From positions 2,604,001-2,668,000 of the forward strand of contig VRMN01000001.1 of NCBI GenBank assembly GCA_008690995.1: DNA of 64,000 nucleotides, given 5' to 3'. Source of the DNA: Porphyridium purpureum (taxonomy: Eukaryota). Position 1 is the stretch's first letter. Every line of letters starts with the position of its first letter. Positions 20,137-31,328 of this stretch are shown piece after piece. The notes under the pieces are model-generated. The model did not search any database, had not been told where the DNA came from, and saw only the letters and a program-made list of their open reading frames with translations. Both the position numbers and the translations under genes were made by a program.

Positions 20137-22257
20137 TTAGTCGGTACGTACGGCAGCATAGATGCTCGTGACAAATGCCAGACTGGCACCCGTTCCGACA
20201 GCGCCCACGATCAGAGCAAATGTGATGGAGATGACGGCCATGTAGCACAAGTACAGCACCGTCGAGACGAAAAAGTACTGACCCTGCCCGAGATTGATGA
20301 GGTAGTATACGCCATACAGAAAAACGTACAGCCCAGACGACGCCGACGACAAAAAGCTGGGCCACCACCATCGGTAATCCTCCAGAATCAGCTTAAGGTA
20401 CACCACCGATATGCTGGTTTCGGCAGCCGTGACCAGCAGGACTGCATACACCAGCAAAAGCATCCCAAACATGAGATAGTATTCGTTCTGCCATATACTA
20501 TTCAGCACGAACAGCAGCTCCACGCACACAACGCCGAACGGCATCCCACCCGCAATCAGGTAGAGTGGTGCACCCATCATGCCCGACTGCTGCGGGATTT
20601 GACGCGGAACCTGGTTCACGCGCGAAGGGAAGCGGGTCTGCGCGTCCGACGGAAAGCCGAGCTTCGCGCCTACGAATACCAGAGGGCACGAAATTCCAAG
20701 CCAGACAAAAAGCAAAAGTAAAATCGTGAAAAAGGGCGTGACGCTGATGGAGCCGCGCAACCAAAGCAACACGTTTGTGAACAGAAAGACAATGAAGACA
20801 AAGCCAGGATACGCAAGCGACGTGCCCAGCGCCAGTCCCTTCCAAGTACTTGCACCGAAGAGCTTCACCATTCGAGCTATCACAAAGCCGGCCACAATGC
20901 TTGAAATTGGGAACATGAACAGCAGCGCCGTCAAAAGCGCGCCACGGTGCACGACCGACAAGAAGCCGAGCACGCACATGACCAGAGCCGCCACAGCCAC
21001 GATCGCGATTTGAACACCCGTGGCGCACGCTATCGCAAGCACGGGCCAGTTTTGCGGCGGACGGAAAACATCGCCGCCGACCAATTTCCAACCGGTCTCG
21101 AAAAGCGCCTCGTCTGCCTCGTCATGGTCAGCGTAGCGCTTCAAGTCTTTGCGCAGTGTGCGCAGAAGGACGAGCGCCAGCGCACCTGTCAATAAGAGGC
21201 CCAGCAGCAGTGAATTCCCCAATGCCATGAGCTGCAGGTCATGTTGGTTTCGAGATACTTTCAGGATTGGATCCCAACGTGTGGCCCAAGACAGGTCGCT
21301 CGGCTCAAATTTGACCGAGTACGTATACAGAACGGTCTGGAACGGACGCGTGCGGTCTAAAGCAAAGAACGGTACGGGCGCTGCCGCGGTCGCTCCAACA
21401 CTAGACGTTTCCGAGTACTTGAGACACATGTCTTTCGCCTTTTGCGGATCGAGGGTAGGGTTATCCACACTGTAGTCGATGGACATTGGGCGTGCACGAA
21501 ATCCGACCACGCGGAACATCTTGTCTGATACGGAGAGCGAATCGCTGAGCGAGATCTGCGGTGTGTTGACAAGTACAGTAAACATCAGATGGTTGAACAA
21601 CACCAACGTCCGTTCTTTGCCCAAATCGTACTCTGCAGCCTCGGCGGAACCCGGGCCTGGCGATCCCTGCCCTGGTGAGCTTGGGCGGCGATGTGTATGC
21701 TGAATCATTTCGAGCGTTGTGGTCTTGCCAATATTCAGGGTCTGGCCCAGCGGAATGCCTTGCGTGAGGCGAGGTCCGAACAAGTTGGACTGCGGGGTCA
21801 ACTCGGACACTAACGGCATCTGGTCAAGAGACATGCGCACATGGTAGCGCTCCTGAATCCGCTTCGCCATCGTACGCAATTCCGTTGCGGTCATGTTCTT
21901 CTCACACAGCACCGCACAGTCCTCGTTGACCATCATGTGCACGTTGTACGCTGTAGGATGTTCGCGCTCACCGAGCAGGATCTGGCCAAGGCTGACGTGC
22001 GTTAACGCGCGCGGAGAGCCATCACGCTGTACGGGTACATCTGCGGGGACGCACTGCGCAACCGAGTAGTACGCATACGGCACCTTGTTGCGATTCGACG
22101 TGAGCTTGCTCGCGACGATCTCGATGGGCGCGCCCTCCTCGTAGTCTGTGGGGACACCGGGGACATACAGCGCACGTACAGTGCTCGCTAGAAGCAGCAC
22201 CAGCGCTAGCGCCAGCACTAGCGCAGGCAGTCCAACACCAAATCGCTTCCTACACAT
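20137..22257 (-). CDS. Transmembrane 9 superfamily (EMP70/nonaspanin) protein
   Basis: Signal peptide, LYVPGVP, SLGQILLGE, WATRWD, ETGWKLVGGDVFRPP, EDYRWWW, nine TM helices, and a C-terminal VRTD (KxD/E-like). Confidence 0.96.
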   Translation of the reverse strand: MCRKRFGVGLPALVLALALVLLLASTVRALYVPGVPTDYEEGAPIEIVASKLTSNRNKVPYAYYSVAQCVPADVPVQRDGSPRALTHVSLGQILLGEREHPTAYNVHMMVNEDCAVLCEKNMTATELRTMAKRIQERYHVRMSLDQMPLVSELTPQSNLFGPRLTQGIPLGQTLNIGKTTTLEMIQHTHRRPSSPGQGSPGPGSAEAAEYDLGKERTLVLFNHLMFTVLVNTPQISLSDSLSVSDKMFRVVGFRARPMSIDYSVDNPTLDPQKAKDMCLKYSETSSVGATAAAPVPFFALDRTRPFQTVLYTYSVKFEPSDLSWATRWDPILKVSRNQHDLQLMALGNSLLLGLLLTGALALVLLRTLRKDLKRYADHDEADEALFETGWKLVGGDVFRPPQNWPVLAIACATGVQIAIVAVAALVMCVLGFLSVVHRGALLTALLFMFPISSIVAGFVIARMVKLFGASTWKGLALGTSLAYPGFVFIVFLFTNVLLWLRGSISVTPFFTILLLLFVWLGISCPLVFVGAKLGFPSDAQTRFPSRVNQVPRQIPQQSGMMGAPLYLIAGGMPFGVVCVELLFVLNSIWQNEYYLMFGMLLLVYAVLLVTAAETSISVVYLKLILEDYRWWWPSFLSSASSGLYVFLYGVYYLINLGQGQYFFVSTVLYLCYMAVISITFALIVGAVGTGASLAFVTSIYAAVRTD

Positions 22258-22699
22258 TCCCCGTTTCGTTCCCGTGCCTCTTGATGCATCTGGTTGCTCC
22301 GTATGTAGCCTTACCCAAGAAACATCTGGTCTAGCTCGTGCGGCATACGATCATCGAGAAGGTCACGCGCTGCATAGTAAAACACAACTTGTTTATTAGA
22401 TGCTTCACGCAACCGATCACATGTCCGCTGACCGCACACGAAATGGTTCGTGTTCCCTCGATGCGGTCGGCACGGGAATACGCTAGCAGTAGCGGGCTGC
22501 ACTCATCCATTGAGTCCCCTTATGGTGAACAATTTGACAACGTCGCCTGTATCATCACAGAAAAAGAACCATCCGGCCACGCGGAAAGCTTGCCTGCATG
22601 CGTTTTGTAAGGCACGAAACCAGTCAGCAGAATCGGCAGTGGTAGAGGCGGCCAGTTTGATGGCGCTCTAAAGTGCGCCATATTCTCGTATCACGTGAC

Positions 22700-24580
22700 T
22701 ACCATGTCCCAGCGAAGCGAGTCATTCACTGCCGTGTTCATCCGAATCATTTTCTGGCTGCAGTGAAAGCCTTCATTCACAGCCACTTGCGTTGAGTACT
22801 CGAGCAGCTGCTCGAACGGCGCCATGTTCTCGCTGTCCTTTGCGCTTTCAGGCTCCAATCAAACACAAGCGTCTTCGTCATGCGGCCGAATATGTCTAGA
22901 ACAAACGAGTCGCTGGTGCTTTGAAAGCGACTGTCATGTTCAATGTTGTTGAGCAGTAGTTCCGCGCCGCGCGGATGGTGCAAACCTGCTGCGCCGTTGT
23001 GGGAAGGCAGATGGTTAACATTGCTCAACTTTGCAGAAAGGAACTGTGTTCGCACATGAACCCGAGAGCCCGGAAACCTGCATTCCAGCGAAAAGTTCTT
23101 CGTTCTCGTTGTTGAGCAGCAGTGCATGTCGTTGGACTGTTCTCTGAATCTCATCATGTATAAGCGCAAATATGGCATGATGTACTGGTTGGTCCCGTTA
23201 TGGTAAATCTTGACAAGCGAAAGGTCGCACGCTCGGCACATGCCTTCACTTTCAACGCGAGGCTGGCCAAACTTGCAACGTAAAATGTCTTAGCGAGGTA
23301 AGCTGGTCAGCGCGAGAGCAAAAGTCAAAAGCGTCGTCCAGGCTCCTCCGGGCGGGTGACCTTGTACAAATACTCAAAGTTCGAGGTCCTTATCGCATAG
23401 GGATAGAATCTCTTTCAGCTTGTCTTCCTTGATCGAATGAAGTATGTAGAGTAGAACCAAAGCGATTTTTAAACGATCTGGCAAATTTCTGTTAGAGGAT
23501 CCCTTTACACCCTGCTGCTTGTTCGCATCAATTAAGACGGCCTTTCTGCAGTTCATCCAGGCCTTCCATGGCGCTGTCCGGCGCATGCCCGCACGTTTGC
23601 ACTGGTTCTTCATATTACATGCCGGGAAGCCGAAGTCACCTGTTTGCGAGCGTACTTGGTGGATAGTGCAATCAAACCCAAAAACGCGCGTACCGCACCC
23701 ATTTTCAAAGGCGGATGACCTGCGTACACGGCACTTGGCCAAATCGGTACCCTGTCTCTACGGTCAGCGTGGTATCTTCGCGCGAGTATCAAGATGGAAA
23801 CCGGAAGCTTTCATGGGCCTGCAAATATTCAGACAAGTAGGCTACGTCTGCTGCATATCAACCTTCATGCGCTTCGCGATATCCACGTGAGGCGCTTCTT
23901 TTCTGTCAAAAAAGCAATTTTGCCATCACAAGAAGGCGCCCAATTCATCTTGCGAGCAGACGAGGCGCCCTTTGACGAATTTCGAAACATTCGCGGCGGC
24001 CCCTGCACGGTGTCGCTACAATCATTTTAACGTCACCACCATTCTCCCGTACCGTGAGCTCCAAATTAAACTCAATTAAACCCTCCTTCACGTCATGGTT
24101 CTACTCGCGCTCGATGTCGCCGAGCATTTTCTGCAGTTTCAGCGACGATGGGGTCGACCTCTTGTCCAAGCCTGCTGGCCATAGCAGCAAAGTTGTGGAC
24201 CCAGCGGGAGTATGTTTCACGATGGGCAGCACCTATGCGCCAATGTCAGTACGTTCGTTGCAATACTCAATAAACACGACAGTCGGCGGACCAGCTTCTG
24301 GGGTCCCAAAATTCTTAATCTTTCTAAATTTCTCATACCTAGCGAGCTTTTCAAACAAATGGCCGCTCTACATCTTGCTTACTGCGCTCGTGTCCAGAGA
24401 ACGATCCTCACCTCCCGCCATGCCCATCACCACTGCCGCTCCAGACACATAAAGACCATAGCGCCGACCTCTGTTTTACACTTTCCCTCCGTCCAAGATA
24501 TCAAAATGTCTTCCGAACTCAACGAGTCTCAGGAGTCTCTGCAGCATACATGGAAGCGCATAAGCATCCATGTCATTCAT
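22700..24580 (-). pseudogene. Decayed coding-like segment, family unidentified
   Basis: The minus strand reads as protein-like stretches from ~24580 interrupted by scattered in-frame stops and frameshifts. The region is ORF-poor compared with its neighbours. Confidence 0.3.
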
Positions 24581-25203
24581 TGCCTCCCTGCCTCTCGCTC
24601 TTCCTGTGCGTCCGGCTGAAGCACTTCAATTCCACTGGAACGTTTTGGCCACGCGCCTCTGTTCAACATCGCTGGGCTCGCAGCTGCGAAACTGAATTTT
24701 CCCGCTGCATGACGACACTTGTGGTGTTGCACGAAAAGGCCTTACGCGGAACGGGACCCGTACTTCTGCGCGCAGGCGCGCCACGGCCGCGCCAGGGGGT
24801 TGCGCAGCACACGGGTGGTCTTCTTACAACGACGAGGGTGCGATATCCTGCGCCCCGCTCCACACTATTTGAGATCAAGAGAAGCCTTTATGAAGACAAG
24901 CCTCCAAAGACTCTTGGCTAGAAGCGGCAAAGGCGGACGGCACAGCCTGCACCGCTCGTCTCTTACGTACCCAAACCTAGTCCATCACGAATCTGACGAG
25001 ATGCGCTGCACGAGATGGTCGCAAGTCACTCCCACAACAGAGGCTCGAGTCTCTTGATCTGCAGTAACGTTGTCCGTCAGACGCACCTCTTCCGTTGGAG
25101 GCGCAGTCGCATTTCGAGGGGAGTTGGAGACTGATTTGTGGCTTTGGCGTTCGCTTGGTCGTGCGTGAGACTCCAAGCGCGTGCAGACGAGAAGAGACTG
25201 AAC

Positions 25204-26004
25204 ATGGGGAGTTGTCTGGGTAGAGAGGAAACGAAGCCTGCGGGCGCTGGGACGAAGGCCGCGACAGAGAAGGATGTGAAGTCTACGGCTGCGGCACCGG
25301 CATCGAGCGTGAACGCAGCAGCTTCTGCGGCTCGCGTGGAGAAGGCGCCGCCACCTGTGAGGCCGAAAGTGACCGTCACGCCAAAGGACCAGGCAGTCCT
25401 GGACGTGAAGAATGGCCGTGATCAGCTCGAACAGTACAGGAAGAGGACGGACGTGGCCATCGCTCAGCAGGATCAAGTGGCGCGACAGCTTGTAAAGGAA
25501 GGCAAGTTGGAGCGCGCGAAACTAGCTTTGGAGATGAAGCAGTTGTTGCAAACCAAAGTGAACCGCGCAGACAAGCAGCTGCGGAACGTGGAGAAGCTTC
25601 TCGCGGAGATTGAGTCCACGGCTTTGTCCAAGGAGATCATTGAAGGCATGGAGCAAGGCAATTTGGTTCTCAAAGAGCTGGCAAAGGATTTGACTGTCGA
25701 GCGGGTTGATCGGCTGCTGGAGGAAACAGAGGAGCAGGCACAGCTCCAGCGTGAGATTGGAGACCGACTGGCGGCGAACCCGTTGTCCTCAGCAGAAGAG
25801 GAGAACCTGGAGCGCGAACTGGACCAGCTCATGGCGTTGAACGCGCCGGTGCCAGCTGTTGCGAACCCGTCGACTTCTGCTGTGAAGAATGCGTCGAATC
25901 CAACAGGCGAGAAGAATGTATCATCATCTATGTCGCATCCCCCAATCGACGGTTCGGCCAAGACCAAGGCGCCGAAAGTCGCGGCCTCCCCCGTGCCGGC
26001 GTGA
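25204..26004 (+). CDS. VPS20: ESCRT-III subunit VPS20/CHMP6 (Snf7 family)
   Basis: MGSCLG myristoylation start. VTPKDQAVLDVKNGRDQLEQY, AKLALEMK, QLRNVEKLLAEIE and GMEQGNLVLKEL..LTVERVDRLLEET match CHMP6. Confidence 0.88.
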   Translation: MGSCLGREETKPAGAGTKAATEKDVKSTAAAPASSVNAAASAARVEKAPPPVRPKVTVTPKDQAVLDVKNGRDQLEQYRKRTDVAIAQQDQVARQLVKEGKLERAKLALEMKQLLQTKVNRADKQLRNVEKLLAEIESTALSKEIIEGMEQGNLVLKELAKDLTVERVDRLLEETEEQAQLQREIGDRLAANPLSSAEEENLERELDQLMALNAPVPAVANPSTSAVKNASNPTGEKNVSSSMSHPPIDGSAKTKAPKVAASPVPA

Positions 26005-26867
26005 AAGGGGACTGGTATTCCAGGCCCCGTGACGAGACGTGTGAACGCAGGCATCGCAGACATACCGTCAAGGTGTCGGGCGGTGCAGCGGTTTTACAGA
26101 TCGGCGGGAGGAAGGAAAAGCACGTGCGATTGAGCAAGCGTATGCGTGATTCCAGACGATAATGGCAATCGCTCGAAACGATTAACACTAAAGAGCGGTG
26201 CGACATGCTGCAGGCAAAGTGCGGTCCGCGCTAAAAGATAGGCACAGCACGCAGCTCAAATATACCCGGACTCTTCAAGCCATGACGTCGTGCTGAATGA
26301 GAGAGCTATTTTCTAGCAAAGTCTTGCGGAAAGTCGTGATGCACTCGAATAGCTGTGGCTTGCAAATTTAATGCTTGTTTCGAAGACGTCTAATGAAGTT
26401 TAATCATACGTACTTTGACTTTGACGCCACGAAGCGCCATACTGCAGATGGAGCTAAAGCAAGAGCCAGCCAACCGCGACACGGGAGCAAACCGAGAGAC
26501 GCATCAATCCTTCGAAAAGAAGCAAGGTGTTCCGACAAGTGCCGCTGCACTGACGGTCTGTTTGGAAAGAGCGAGCGGCACTCAGCGAGAAGATCTTGCT
26601 GGCTAGAGGATGAGCGCCTAGCAAGATAGATGTTTCAGAACCTGAGCGGCGCGAGTAGACAGCGCCGCGGTGCTCAAAAAATGACATACGGCCGAGTATG
26701 AATGTCTCCTCAGCCAGACATTACAGACCTGATTCATACACGGGTCTGACGAGCGTCGCTTTTTCTTGCTCTTCTTTTCACGACACAGGATGCCCTGGAC
26801 GTCTTCTCGGACCAAAATAGCAGTCAAATTCAGAGTCACCAAAGATGTTTAGCCTGTGTAAGTCATC

Positions 26868-27620
26868 TCAGCTATTTGTCTTCCATTCATCTGTCTGTTT
26901 TGGCGAGTCGGGAAGCACTCCGTGAGACTTCATGCGCTCCTTGAAGGCAGCATGTGCGTAGCTCCACGCTTCTGCGAATCTCATTCCATCGGCACCCTTG
27001 CGCTCGATACGTTCTGGGATGTCGTCCAGACTAATTTCAGAATGACCTTTGCCGGCACATGTCCACCAAACATGTGCATTGGCGATTGGTACCTTTTTCG
27101 TGACCTCGAGCTCCACGACCTTGTTCCCATCTTCTGTCGTTTGCACACTCCAATCAGCCATCCCGTCCTCATCAATTTCAACGTCGTACGGAAAGTCCAT
27201 CTCATGCAGTGTGCTCCCACTAACTTTGACGCAAACGTAGCAGTCCTTGTGGTCTGTATCACCTCGCTGTTTCACTATAACCAGCACATGCTTGCCACGC
27301 GTATTCGAAGGCAGTCTGAATCGAATCCACACTTTCTTGGCATCCTGCGTCCACTCGTACTCTGACTCGTGGGGCCACCAGACGCGCTGGTGACGACCTT
27401 CATTGTCGGGCGGCGGGCATTTCTCTTTCGCGAGTTCGACGGTCTTTTCCGGCTCGTCGGTAACCCCAACAGACAATGGTGCACCGTCACCAAATGTGAC
27501 CGACGTCGACTTGTCAAACTTGGTCACTCGCGGGCGCGTACGAGCCTTCATTTCTTGCGGTTCTTCTTCTTCGTCAGAAAGCAGCGCACCTAGCCTGTCC
27601 CAGCGCGAGTAATCGACCAT
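26868..27620 (-). CDS. CS (p23/NudC-like) domain co-chaperone
   Basis: YEWTQDAKKVWIRF.LP, W......V.LEV.K....WW CS-domain pattern. N-terminal MVDYSRWDRL..SDEE motif. Confidence 0.8.
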   Translation of the reverse strand: MVDYSRWDRLGALLSDEEEEPQEMKARTRPRVTKFDKSTSVTFGDGAPLSVGVTDEPEKTVELAKEKCPPPDNEGRHQRVWWPHESEYEWTQDAKKVWIRFRLPSNTRGKHVLVIVKQRGDTDHKDCYVCVKVSGSTLHEMDFPYDVEIDEDGMADWSVQTTEDGNKVVELEVTKKVPIANAHVWWTCAGKGHSEISLDDIPERIERKGADGMRFAEAWSYAHAAFKERMKSHGVLPDSPKQTDEWKTNS

Positions 27621-27881
27621 CTTGGAGGTCACAAATGAGCGCTGCGTGCACCGTGCTTCGTTTCATCGATCGGCCGCGGTTTCTCAAACTGGTATGGGCC
27701 AGGGAAAAGCATCCGCCTCGAATCCGCCTCGAGTCCAGGAGCGCCCGTCTTGAAAAGTGCAAGACAATAGGTGATTCAGGCGAACGGGACAAGTGGTGAT
27801 TCACATACTTTAAGATAAAATAAACAAGTTGAAGGACCAGTCTCGAATTCTCCTTTCCTCGCACATCACTGTGGCTTAAAT

Positions 27882-30776
27882 CTATGCGCGTTCGGCCCAC
27901 AGCACAAACTCTTCAAAGCTAAACGAGTCACTAGGGTGGGATTCGAGGTTGTCGACCAGCATCATGAGATCTGCCGTGTCGTGGCCGCGGTCCTGTTCCT
28001 CATCGACAAGGGCCTTCAGGTTTGTACAAAAATCGCCCAGCTCGCTGGCATCTAGTACGCCATCCCCGTTACTGTCCAACGCACCAAATACAAGCCGCAG
28101 CTGTGCGCGATCCTCTTTCGACACCAGACTTTCCATCTGCTTCACAATGGAACGCGAGCGCCTTGTAGTCGAGTCCATAGACTCATGACTGCGAAGCAAG
28201 CTCGACAAAGAAGCATCTTCATCATACTCGTCAACCATGACCGTAACGTCAGGTGGGCTGGCACTGCTACCGGACATTAGCTCATTTTGAACTTCTGCTT
28301 CCTCTGCCTGTTGCTGCTTTTGGTCCTGTCGCTCTCTCTGGATTCGGTACACCAGCTGAATGATAATTTTTAGACTCGCACGGAGACTTTCCCAACCTGG
28401 ATGCAGCTCGGCGGCAAGCAAGTCGCCGGCAGATGACGACTGATTTCGCTTGAACGTTCTTGCTTTCCCTGGAGATGCATCGCTACTCGAGCCATCACTG
28501 GAGCCGAGCGCAACAGCAGCGAGCTGCTGAAAGGATGCACTTTTCCCCGACGGAGTCACAACGTCATCATAATCCTCAATCGGTCTACCAATCTTGATGA
28601 CGAACTGGGCGCCGTCTTCCGAGATCTTAAGCAGAGCCCCGCGATTGCTGTACTGACCGCAGTAGTTTGGTGCTGTAAAAAGAGTAGTAATCATCGGGTA
28701 CTTGAATGTTGTGGTCCGACTTCTCGAATAATGGTACGAAACACCAGACTTCGCGACCTGGTGGCCCCGAATGACGCCAGACAATTCGTTTGCCTGAAGA
28801 AAATCTTCAACAAGGGCAAACCCGATCAACCACGAGCATCCACGCGCTTCATTGCGCTGGTAGCGGCACGCCAAGAAGGTTGAATAATCCTTCTCACTCA
28901 TAGTCAAAACGCCGCGCTCCGGTAAGGGATCCGACCACAGCAGATCGCAAAACGGACCAGCCAACGGTGGTTCACGGAAGCGGTCAATCTTGTCAATCTG
29001 CTCCAGTTTCTTCACGCCCGGTGACAATCCTGCGTGCGCGCAGAAAAATCGTGGTGGCGGCGCCTCGTCCAGCTTTTGGCCGTTCGTGGACGGAGAGGGT
29101 ACGTCACTACACGTTACCAAGGCACACAACGGCATCTTGTCAAAACACTCCAGCAATGATGCGTACACAGTCGCGTCATACTTGACTGCGCACTCCTGGC
29201 TAAAACTGATGCCTTCCAAATACGTCTTGAACGTCATGGCGCGACTCTCATGATTGCCGCGAAGCAAAGTGATCTGCGAGGGATACCGCAGCTTCATGCA
29301 GAATAAATACATTGCGATCTCAAACGAGTGACACCCGCGGTCCACGTAATCGCCAAGAAAGAGCCATTTGCTTGCAGGCTTCAAGCAATGTGTGTGCTCG
29401 TGAATATCCTCACTCTTGTACGCTGCGTTGAGCAAGTCAATAAACTGCCCGTGCAGGTCGCCAAAGATGGTGACGGGGGCCTCCACTCGCACCATGTTCG
29501 GTTCGCTTTCAAGCAGCATTGCCGTACTCGACACAACGCGCTCCACAACGGCGACGGGCAGCAGTGCGCCCGGAACCAGTGGCACATAATGGGACACCAA
29601 GCCAGTGGTAGAAGATCTATTCGGCGAGCTGCGCGGACCATCATCGCAGTTAAGTGTCTCATTCTCACCTAGAGAAGTCTTTTTCGGCTCCTGCGCCGGC
29701 AGCGGCTTGGACTTGCTCTCAAGAATAGGACTCTCGTCAATGTCCGAATCTGGATTCACGGGACCCGTTGGAAGCTCCACAGATGCATTTTTGATCCCCC
29801 ACTGAGACTTCTCTCGAAAGGGCTGCTGAGCAAGCTTTCTGAGTACACGAGACACGATGGGCAGCCCGTCTGCATCAAAGTAGTAGTCCGGGTCAGAATC
29901 ATCGAGCACGTTGACCGATGCGGCTTTTGCGTGGTCTCCATCAGCATCCGAACCTCCAAAATCATCCGTTGAGTCGTGCTCAACCAGCGAATCGTCACAT
30001 CCTATGCTCTGCGCGTCCATGCTTCTGCTTTCATCTGCAAAAGACGTGAGCTCCTGCGACCATGACTCTGTGTCGCTTTTTGTTTCTGTCAGCACGGAGC
30101 GGGCCGCTGATCCGGTGGCAGATGGCTGCCTCTTGTGCTTCACATGTGGAGAAGGCAACTTCACATCGCTCACGCTGCGTGGCATCTCGTTAATTCTTCG
30201 CGAGCCCGTCTTCGCTGGAGAAAATGCAGACGAGTCGGAGTAGAGATTCAACTCCTTGACACCAGAGTCGACTCGTACCATGCGCATGGGAAATAATGAC
30301 GTTGATCTACCTCGTACTCGCATTGGTTGGATCACTTTTGTCGATGACGAGGTAAGAGATCCAGTTCCTGAAGAGCGCTCGGTCGACGGATGTCGCGGCA
30401 CACCAGCGCCCGTGCGGGCGCTGAGCCGTATTGGGGCCGCTGAATGTCGCACGCTCACTCCCTTCATTGCCGCGATATCTGCGGCCAATTCGTCGGTGTC
30501 CGGCTGCAACATGAATTCCAGAATTTCAGACACCTTACTCCTCTGCGAATTGATACTCGACATTCTTCTGCGAGGCACCAATCTGGGCGTGGGCCCAGGC
30601 GTGGGCCCAGGCGTGGGCCCTGGCGTGGGCCCCGGCATGGGCCCTGGTTTGGGCTGTTCGGAGCCGCCGCCGACAATCGAGTCTGCATTCAAATTCATGG
30701 TGATCTGCGGTGTTGCATGCTTCTGCGTGATATGATCATGATCCCCTCGACCGTCCATTCCCAAATTCTGCGCCAT
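27882..30776 (-). CDS. PPP-family Ser/Thr phosphatase, calcineurin A (PP2B)-like catalytic domain with C-terminal EF-hands
   Basis: GDLHG, GDYVDRG, LRGNHE, IDRFREPPLAGPFCDLLWSDP, RGCS and TLFTAPNYC. EF-hand DSNGDGVLDASE plus a degenerate second hand ending FSFEEF. Long disordered N-terminus with PGPT repeats. Start uncertain. Confidence 0.9.
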   Translation of the reverse strand: MAQNLGMDGRGDHDHITQKHATPQITMNLNADSIVGGGSEQPKPGPMPGPTPGPTPGPTPGPTPRLVPRRRMSSINSQRSKVSEILEFMLQPDTDELAADIAAMKGVSVRHSAAPIRLSARTGAGVPRHPSTERSSGTGSLTSSSTKVIQPMRVRGRSTSLFPMRMVRVDSGVKELNLYSDSSAFSPAKTGSRRINEMPRSVSDVKLPSPHVKHKRQPSATGSAARSVLTETKSDTESWSQELTSFADESRSMDAQSIGCDDSLVEHDSTDDFGGSDADGDHAKAASVNVLDDSDPDYYFDADGLPIVSRVLRKLAQQPFREKSQWGIKNASVELPTGPVNPDSDIDESPILESKSKPLPAQEPKKTSLGENETLNCDDGPRSSPNRSSTTGLVSHYVPLVPGALLPVAVVERVVSSTAMLLESEPNMVRVEAPVTIFGDLHGQFIDLLNAAYKSEDIHEHTHCLKPASKWLFLGDYVDRGCHSFEIAMYLFCMKLRYPSQITLLRGNHESRAMTFKTYLEGISFSQECAVKYDATVYASLLECFDKMPLCALVTCSDVPSPSTNGQKLDEAPPPRFFCAHAGLSPGVKKLEQIDKIDRFREPPLAGPFCDLLWSDPLPERGVLTMSEKDYSTFLACRYQRNEARGCSWLIGFALVEDFLQANELSGVIRGHQVAKSGVSYHYSRSRTTTFKYPMITTLFTAPNYCGQYSNRGALLKISEDGAQFVIKIGRPIEDYDDVVTPSGKSASFQQLAAVALGSSDGSSSDASPGKARTFKRNQSSSAGDLLAAELHPGWESLRASLKIIIQLVYRIQRERQDQKQQQAEEAEVQNELMSGSSASPPDVTVMVDEYDEDASLSSLLRSHESMDSTTRRSRSIVKQMESLVSKEDRAQLRLVFGALDSNGDGVLDASELGDFCTNLKALVDEEQDRGHDTADLMMLVDNLESHPSDSFSFEEFVLWAERA

Positions 30777-31328
30777 GCGCCACGCCGCGCTTTCTAAGTG
30801 ACGAGCTCCGATGCGCGCGCGCCACCATACCGCGAAGGCCAATCACGCCGCCGCGGCAAACTCCTCTTTTTCGATTCCGCCACGCACCCGCCGAGTTGGG
30901 CCCGCCCGAAACTGGGCAGCAGGCGTCGCGCACGGCTGTGTCCAGTGTCGCGGCGTCGCCGTCGCCACCCTTCCCCGCGCCCCGCCTGTGCCAACCCGTC
31001 CAACACGCACGTCGCGCCGCCCAGAGTCGCGACGCAGTGATGCCCCAACTGCGCGACTGACCCGCGCGCGTTCCGCCACGTTGTCAACAGCGCGTCGTGA
31101 GCATTCGCACTGAACACCCAGCACTGAACCGCCGCACTCAGTTTTCACTGTACATCTATACTGTACGGTGTTCGTCCTTCGAAGATGACCATGGAATGGC
31201 ACACCACCAGCGTGAGTCGATTGCGGTCGAGTTGCAGCGCGAACCGGCAAGGCGGAGTGGATCGCAAGTGGGTAATCTCTTTGCCAGGGGCTTGCGTGCT
31301 TGGAGGAAAGGAGTCGCCCTGCGAGGAA

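Noticed and set aside
30585..30650. 12-bp tandem repeats
   Set aside because: They encode PGPT/PGPM in the disordered N-terminus of the phosphatase. There are no spacers.
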